From the NCBI GenBank assembly GCA_039588295.1, contig JBDHAB010000002.1, forward strand, positions 143,663 to 207,662: a stretch of 64,000 nt of DNA. The letters run 5' to 3'. Shown here piece by piece: positions 58,333-64,000 of the stretch; the first letter of the stretch is position 1; every line of letters starts with the position of its first letter. The notes under the pieces were generated by a model, which saw only the letters and a list, made by a program, of their open reading frames with translations, was not told the DNA's origin and ran no database searches. The DNA is from Gemmatimonadota bacterium (lineage in GTDB: Bacteria > Gemmatimonadota > Gemmatimonadetes > Gemmatimonadales > GWC2-71-9). Position numbers and translations under genes: made by a program.

Positions 58333-58692
58333 TCACGTCTTCGCACTCGGATGGGATCGGCGAAGACCGACCAGCACTATCGCGGGTCCGGTCAGGAGCA
58401 GCGTGCCGACCTTATACCAATCGGGTTCCGAGCCGAGTCGCAGCAAGAGATTGGCAAGTGTAGCGAGCAAGACGACTCCGGCCAGGATGAAACATGCCAG
58501 GCGGCTATGGGTCCCGGAGATCGCGGCGGCCAGTACCCCCCCGACCAGGCCGATTACCCCGAGCGCGGTCAGCGCCAGCACGACCATGATCGGGCCTTCC
58601 TGTACCATGACCGGTCCAACGAGGAACATGCTCGCGAGCGCAAACACGAGGTATCCGGCGACAATCCCTACCGTAGTCCGAAAGATGCTCAC
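58333..58692 (-). CDS. Four-TM membrane protein
   Basis: GAGG RBS; EPDWY motif; hydrophobic. Confidence 0.7.
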   Translation of the reverse strand: MSIFRTTVGIVAGYLVFALASMFLVGPVMVQEGPIMVVLALTALGVIGLVGGVLAAAISGTHSRLACFILAGVVLLATLANLLLRLGSEPDWYKVGTLLLTGPAIVLVGLRRSHPSAKT

Positions 58693-58737
58693 GAGACGTT
58701 CCTCTTTAAGCTGTTCGTTCAGTGGCGATACGGCCTG

Positions 58738-59130
58738 CTACGTTGCCCGCTCCGTCAGTTGGAGCGAGGAGACGATCTGGTTCACCAGGTCGCGGTAGGT
58801 GTTCCGGTCGGTGATGGTGCAGTCCCACGTGATGAACAAATGGTGCGACCCCGCTACGAGCCACCACTTGCGCCAGCACCGATTGTCGCGCTCGTCGTCG
58901 CGGGTGTATCCCCGAAAGTCGCCGCAGCGAATTGCCGACGGCACTGCTCCACGTGCAGCGCCTTCGGCAGCCATCTGCTGCATGTCCTCTATTGGAATGT
59001 CGCGGTCGTCCTTCGTGTAGAAGCTGATCTGCAGGACACCGCTCCTGTCAGGAGGGAGCAGAGCGATGGATGGCGATACGCCGGTTACGGTCCACCCGGT
59101 CGGCACCTCGATGGACCAGGGTCCGGCCAC
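58738..59130 (-). CDS. Hypothetical protein (PsbP/DUF3805-like)
   Basis: WSIEVPTGW, GVLQIS, W..W, FITW, IVSSL. Confidence 0.6.
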   Translation of the reverse strand: MAGPWSIEVPTGWTVTGVSPSIALLPPDRSGVLQISFYTKDDRDIPIEDMQQMAAEGAARGAVPSAIRCGDFRGYTRDDERDNRCWRKWWLVAGSHHLFITWDCTITDRNTYRDLVNQIVSSLQLTERAT

Positions 59131-59141
59131 AGAGCGCTCAC

Positions 59142-59714
59142 TCAGGGAGAGAGCCCTTTCTCCTCACGGATGAACGCGATCAGGTCCTCAACGGTCCTGA
59201 AGCGCTTTGCATCTTCATCAGGAATGATGCAATCGAACTCGTCCTCCAACTTCGCGACGATTTCCGGGATGTCCAACTCCTCATCAAGCTCCAAGTCATC
59301 TCGGAGATTGATGTGTGGTTCCACTTGCTGCCCAGTTTCCTCTCCAATCGTTGCCGTCACGGTATACTCGACCTGTTTGTACCTGTGTGACTTGAGAAGG
59401 TCTAGCTCCTTTTGCGAGAGCGACTTCCCTGATGCGGACACACCCTCCTTCACCAACGCGTAGGTCTTGGTCGTGTCACTATAGGGGATGTAGCCACACC
59501 AGACCACCACACTCTCACCTCCGAGCATGGCAAACTCCACTTGCACGTATCCGGAAGTTCCCTTGTGGGTGAAGTACTTGCCCACATGATGTATTTCAAA
59601 CCGCTCTGCCTTCAGCCACGCATCGAAATCCGAGAGCACCAAACTCGCAGCGTCCAGCGCCTGAACGACAGCCCACGCTTCTTTCTGTTCGTGGTCTTGG
59701 AGCCCTTCCAGCAT
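59142..59714 (-). CDS. Unknown N-terminal domain fused to an ACP-like domain lacking the Ppant serine
   Basis: ATG 59714 with GGAGG RBS; LRDDLELDEELDIPEIVAKLEDEFDCIIPDEDAKRFRTVEDLIAFI. Confidence 0.7.
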   Translation of the reverse strand: MLEGLQDHEQKEAWAVVQALDAASLVLSDFDAWLKAERFEIHHVGKYFTHKGTSGYVQVEFAMLGGESVVVWCGYIPYSDTTKTYALVKEGVSASGKSLSQKELDLLKSHRYKQVEYTVTATIGEETGQQVEPHINLRDDLELDEELDIPEIVAKLEDEFDCIIPDEDAKRFRTVEDLIAFIREEKGLSP

Positions 59715-59806
59715 GCCAGACCTCCGTCCATCCAACGGTCCAGCCAAAGCTGTGCGCACGCCTCCGCTTCCTGCAAGTGAGACTCCTCCGTTCGGACATG
59801 GCGCGT

Positions 59807-61654
59807 CTACCGACTCTCCGGTGCCCCAAGCACCGCCGGCAGCACGAACCGTCGCAGGATGTCCTCCGGCTGCCGCGTCCTGCCGGTGCGGTAGTTGCCG
59901 GACGTGATCACGGCCACGACATCCAGCGACGGGACGACGAAGATGTACTGGCCCCCCATGCCGCGCGCCTCGAGGGTTTCGATGGTGCGATCGCCGACCG
60001 GATACTGGTGATGCCACCAGAGGTAGCCGTACTGGTGGCCGTTGCGATCGAGCGGGGCGAGCCGTCCGTACTTGCCGGTCGATTCGCGCACCCACTCTTC
60101 GGAGATCACGCGGTTGCCTTGCCACACCCCGCCGTTCAGGAAGAGCTGACCGAACTTCGCCATGTCCCGAGGGCGGAGGTGCAAGCCACCGCCCATGTAG
60201 ACGATGCCGGTGGGGTCCAAGAAGAACTTGTAGTGGTCGATGCCCAGCGGCTGGAATAGCGCGCGATGCGCAAACCACTCGACCGGCTCGGCGAGCGCCT
60301 GGTCCAGGATGCCGCCCAGGATGAGCGGGTTGGCGCCGCCGTACAGGGGCTGCGCACCCGGATCGGCGATCATCGGTGCGTCGAGTGCCAGTTTGATCCA
60401 GTCGGGGCGTCGTGTCTGCGACTGGTAGGCGCCCTCCGACGCGACGGAGTTGGGGTCCGAGTCGTTCGCGTCGAGTCCGGACGCCATCCGCAGGAGATCG
60501 CGCACGGTGATTCGTGCCTTGCGGCTGTCCCAGTTGGTGTATTGCCGGTACCGCGGGAAGAAGCTGAGCGCGGAGGCGTCGACACTCTCGATTCGCCGCT
60601 CGTCGATAGCCAGGCCGATGAGCGCGGACGTCACGGTTTTGGAGGCCGAGCGCATGTCGTGCCACGTGTCGCGATCGAAGCCGTAGAAGTATTCCTCCAC
60701 GACCAGCTTCCCTCGCCGCGCCACCAAGACACTGTGCGTGAGCGCCATCTCTTCCTCGACGATGGCGCGGACCATGTCACGGATCGGCTCCACGCTCAGC
60801 CCTTCGCTGGACGGCATGGCCGTCGGCCAGCCGTCGGCCGTTGGTTCCGGCACGTGCTGGACGTATTGGGGTTCCGCTGGAGCACGAGCCGGCAGTACGG
60901 GAGCGTCCGGCAGCTCTGGCACGCGTTCCCGGGGCATGCGGCGGAACGTGAGTGGCACCGAGTCACCGACACCCGTCGCGGCGAGGTGCAGCGCACCCTC
61001 GGTAGTGTCCAGCCGTCCCTCGAACCTGAGCCCCAAGTTCTTCTCGCCGAGGCGGACGGTTCCGTCTCGGCATTCGAGGCCGTATCCCCAGAGCGCAGGG
61101 AGCCGCTGGTCGCGGAAGAAGAAGTAGCCGCCGATACCGCCGGTTCCGTCATCTTCGATGTACAAGTCGAGGGCCACGCTCTTTTCGGTCACGCCGAGCG
61201 GGGTCCAGTCTGTGGCCCACGTCGCAGGGCTCGAGCCAACTTCCCTCGGCAATGCAACCCAAAAGATGTGCGAGGCATACTGCACGAAGCCGCCGATCCG
61301 GGAGTCGTCGTCGGACAGCACGCCGTCGAACGCAATGGGTACGGTGCGCCCCTGAAACCGGAGCCGATCCCCGTCTCGCCACACAGGGCTTTCCTCCGTT
61401 CCCCGATGAGACCGGACGTGCGCCACGAAGTCGCCAGGGGACCGCTCGGTAACGGCGATCCCCACCGTGAATAGCCTCTCGATATCGAGCGTGCTGTGCC
61501 ACGCGCCCAGGAGTTGCTCGGGGCAGTCGTGGCTTCCGAGTGGCCCGTTGTCGTGCGGCGCATTCCGTGTCCAATCGGGCATCGGCGCAAGAAAGAGCGC
61601 GAGTGCCAGCGCCGTAGGACATGCGTGACGGGCGGAGAGGTTTCGGGGTCTCAT
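59807..61654 (-). CDS. Serine hydrolase, beta-lactamase class C-like, with N-terminal extension
   Basis: SASK, ITVRDLLRMASGL, LRPRDMAKFG, YGYLWW, ARGMGGQ. Confidence 0.9.
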   Translation of the reverse strand: MRPRNLSARHACPTALALALFLAPMPDWTRNAPHDNGPLGSHDCPEQLLGAWHSTLDIERLFTVGIAVTERSPGDFVAHVRSHRGTEESPVWRDGDRLRFQGRTVPIAFDGVLSDDDSRIGGFVQYASHIFWVALPREVGSSPATWATDWTPLGVTEKSVALDLYIEDDGTGGIGGYFFFRDQRLPALWGYGLECRDGTVRLGEKNLGLRFEGRLDTTEGALHLAATGVGDSVPLTFRRMPRERVPELPDAPVLPARAPAEPQYVQHVPEPTADGWPTAMPSSEGLSVEPIRDMVRAIVEEEMALTHSVLVARRGKLVVEEYFYGFDRDTWHDMRSASKTVTSALIGLAIDERRIESVDASALSFFPRYRQYTNWDSRKARITVRDLLRMASGLDANDSDPNSVASEGAYQSQTRRPDWIKLALDAPMIADPGAQPLYGGANPLILGGILDQALAEPVEWFAHRALFQPLGIDHYKFFLDPTGIVYMGGGLHLRPRDMAKFGQLFLNGGVWQGNRVISEEWVRESTGKYGRLAPLDRNGHQYGYLWWHHQYPVGDRTIETLEARGMGGQYIFVVPSLDVVAVITSGNYRTGRTRQPEDILRRFVLPAVLGAPESR

Positions 61655-61774
61655 GTGTTCGCCCTACGTAGGGTGGGCGGTGGGGGATTCAGGGGTTGGG
61701 GGCATCCGGTGCGGGGTTGCCTGTCCCCGCGCAGGGGGATACGGTGAGTAAGGTAGAGACGTCGTAGCGTCGTA

Positions 61775-63532
61775 GTGCCTTCAATCTTCTCTCATCGAGC
61801 CAAGCGCCCACGCGTCGGCCGTTCCCGGGCCACGAGTCGGTTCCCAGCCAGGGCTGCTGTGCTCATCCAGTTCGTCGTGGCCGTGGCACTTGCCACACCT
61901 GGTGCCGCACAGACCGTTCGCGGTGAGTTGGTCGAAGAGCAAACCCACACCTCGATGGCCGGCGCCTTTGCCCTGCTGCTCGACACGGCCGGGGTCGAGC
62001 AGGCTCGCGCCATGACCGATGCGCTCGGCCAGTTCACGCTGCGCGCGCCTCGGGAAGGGCGGTATCGGTTACGGGCCGTCGCGGTCGGCCGGGCGAGTTG
62101 GACATCGGACCTCGTCCATCTCGCGGCCGACAGCACGGTTGAGCTCCGCATCGAGATGTCGAGACTCGCGGTAGCGCTGCCCGTGTTGGTAGTCGAGGCC
62201 GATCGGGACTGTCGGGTGCGGCCGGAGGCCGGGTTTGCGGCGGCGCAGCTGTGGGTGGAAGCACGCAAGGCGCTCGAGGCAGTGGTCTGGACCGAGCAGC
62301 GGGGGATGCTGCGCCATCGGACTGCCAAGTACACGCGCCGACTGAACCCGCGGTCGCTTGACGTGCTCGAGCAAGAGATCTCCCGACGCGAAGGCGTGTA
62401 TCAGGGGAGCCCGTTTATCCCCCAATCGCCGACGCACCTCGCGGAATGGGGGTACGTGCAGGAACTGCCGAGCGGCGAGTGGTCGTTTGATGCACCGGAC
62501 GCCAACGTCCTCCTCTCCGACGACTTCGCGGACGTGCACTGCTTTGCCGTTGCCGAACCCGATCCCCGACGTCCCGACCTTGTCGGACTGGCGTTCGAAC
62601 CGGTGCGCCATCGAGAGGTGGCCGACATAGACGGGGTCCTCTGGCTGGACGCCGAGAACGCCGAGCTCCGCCATCTCCAGTTTCGCTACACGGGCATGCC
62701 GGGCGTGTTACGGGAGGTAGACTCGCGACTGATTGGCGGGCGCGTGGACTTCCTGCGGCTCCCGGACGGTCCTTGGGTCGTGGCGCGGTGGTGGATCCGT
62801 ATGCCACAGGTTGGGCTTCGCGCACCGAGGCCGGGACAGTACGGCCGTCAGCCCGTGCTCGTCGGTATCCGAGAACAGGGGGGCTGGGTGGAGGAGGTCC
62901 AGACGCTCCGCGGTCGAGCGTTGTGGCAGGCGCCGACGGCAATGCTGAGAGGCCGCATCACATGGCGCGACGCTCCACTCGAAGGTGCCAACCTCGTGCT
63001 CGTCGGGGCGGAGCGGGCGACTCGGTCGGACGGTGACGGCCGGTTCCAGTTGGACAGTCTCGTTCCCGGCCGCTATGTGCTCGTGCTCGATCACGAAGCC
63101 AGCCCTCCCTCAATTCAGATCCAGCCACCGGCACTCGTCACGGTGGGCGCGATCGACACGATCACGCTCGATCTCCGTCTCCATGGCCCGAAGGACATCC
63201 GGGCCCGCACGTGCCCTCAGTCGGACGCCGACCCGGTGACGGGGATGGTCGCCGGACTCGTGCGCGATGGCACGACCGGGCACTTGCTCCCTGACATGGT
63301 GGTGTCGATCACGTGGCAACGGGTGAGCGGCGCCGGCGAGGTGCTGCGGGTCGAGAACCTCGGAGTTACCGCGACGACCGACGAGCGCGGCTATTACGCG
63401 ATCTGCGGCCTTCCCATCAATGTGCTCCTCCACGTCCAGGCGGAGAGTGAGACGTTCCAGGGGCCGGCGGCGGAAACGCGAATTGGCGCCGAGCTCGTGC
63501 GACGCCAGGACCTGGAACTGACCCCCGGGTGA
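61775..63532 (+). CDS. Exported protein with three carboxypeptidase-regulatory-like domains (start uncertain)
   Basis: TDALGQFTL, SDGDGRFQL..L.PGRY, TDERGYYAICGLP; APDANVLLSD.F. Confidence 0.8.
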   Translation: MPSIFSHRAKRPRVGRSRATSRFPARAAVLIQFVVAVALATPGAAQTVRGELVEEQTHTSMAGAFALLLDTAGVEQARAMTDALGQFTLRAPREGRYRLRAVAVGRASWTSDLVHLAADSTVELRIEMSRLAVALPVLVVEADRDCRVRPEAGFAAAQLWVEARKALEAVVWTEQRGMLRHRTAKYTRRLNPRSLDVLEQEISRREGVYQGSPFIPQSPTHLAEWGYVQELPSGEWSFDAPDANVLLSDDFADVHCFAVAEPDPRRPDLVGLAFEPVRHREVADIDGVLWLDAENAELRHLQFRYTGMPGVLREVDSRLIGGRVDFLRLPDGPWVVARWWIRMPQVGLRAPRPGQYGRQPVLVGIREQGGWVEEVQTLRGRALWQAPTAMLRGRITWRDAPLEGANLVLVGAERATRSDGDGRFQLDSLVPGRYVLVLDHEASPPSIQIQPPALVTVGAIDTITLDLRLHGPKDIRARTCPQSDADPVTGMVAGLVRDGTTGHLLPDMVVSITWQRVSGAGEVLRVENLGVTATTDERGYYAICGLPINVLLHVQAESETFQGPAAETRIGAELVRRQDLELTPG

Positions 63533-63662
63533 CGGTCCCGCTCCAAGCGGCCGTGACGCAGACGCTCTCTCCTGCGACACGTCCCCCGGGTGTCATACCG
63601 AACCCCAACTAGGGGAACGCGCTGCCGCGTGTCGGAGGAGCGGACATACGAAGGCTACTCAT

Positions 63663-63770
63663 CTACTCGTCCCCGTGCGCCGAACGCGGAGCGTTGAAGC
63701 CGCTTTTCACGGAGGCAAGAATGCCGCCGAGTGTTGCGGCGATCACGGCCAAGAGAATCACCTCGATCAT
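63663..63770 (-). CDS. 35-aa single-TM small protein (not in ORF track)
   Basis: GGAGGT RBS; MIEVILLAVIAATLGGILASVKSGFNAPRSAHGDE. Confidence 0.5.
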   Translation of the reverse strand: MIEVILLAVIAATLGGILASVKSGFNAPRSAHGDE

Positions 63771-64000
63771 CGGATTACCTCCAGTCTCGTGGGGGCGTCA
63801 ACCTCACGGTTCTGCGCTTCGGCTGTGGGCGAGTCGTCGATCGGAGGCTGCCCCAGGCGGATCGCGATGGCTCAACGTGCACAATCCTCACCAAGCGCAT
63901 ATCTCAACGACTTCCTTTAGAAGCGAGCGCACCCGTCAGCTCCCAACGCGTGTCAGAAGGCACGAATCACGTTCAATCGCATAGAGAGACAGGCGGTGCC

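Noticed and set aside
59142..60665. 507-aa track ORF
   Set aside because: Its 5' part is an Arg-rich alternative frame of the serine hydrolase gene; the real start is ATG 59714.
59807..61654. True beta-lactam resistance gene controlled by BlaI/M56
   Set aside because: Generic serine hydrolase lacking a class C YxN motif, about 19 kb away, with no operator copy seen upstream.
1..64000. Many long antisense or alternative-frame ORFs (e.g. 1214-1660, 40137-40742, 58210-59463, 60266-61474)
   Set aside because: Expected in high-GC DNA; they overlap well-supported genes and have no motifs.

Overview
GC-rich bacterial window. The outer-membrane barrels, lipoproteins and carboxypeptidase-regulatory-domain protein suggest a diderm, possibly Gemmatimonadota-like (inference only). 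1-9.7 kb is housekeeping: an alanine/glycine symporter, guaB, and a tungstate/molybdate ABC (tupBC) - PTPS - mobA - moeA operon. 9.7-33 kb and 43-61.7 kb are long, mostly minus-strand runs of short unrelated accessory genes, including a TIGR02999-type ECF sigma/Ser-Thr kinase pair, several peptidases, a viperin-like radical SAM enzyme and a PycTM-like membrane protein coupled to a Zn-finger/Lys-rich mini-protein. The most interesting locus is 33-38.4 kb. A 57-aa ORF absent from the ORF track (38204-38377, minus; GGAGG RBS and its own terminator) has a lasso-type leader (WxxPxL...T at -2) but a core with no Asp/Glu/Cys. It lies near a coupled radical SAM/SPASM + lasso-B2 protease pair and upstream of leishmanolysin-like and TolB-like lipoproteins, with no lasso cyclase or RRE in the window: a candidate non-lasso RiPP system. 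A BlaI-M56-DUF5916 unit with two similar operator-like sites follows. No rRNA, tRNA, CRISPR array, integrase or transposase was recognised. All family calls are motif recognition by eye, not database results.
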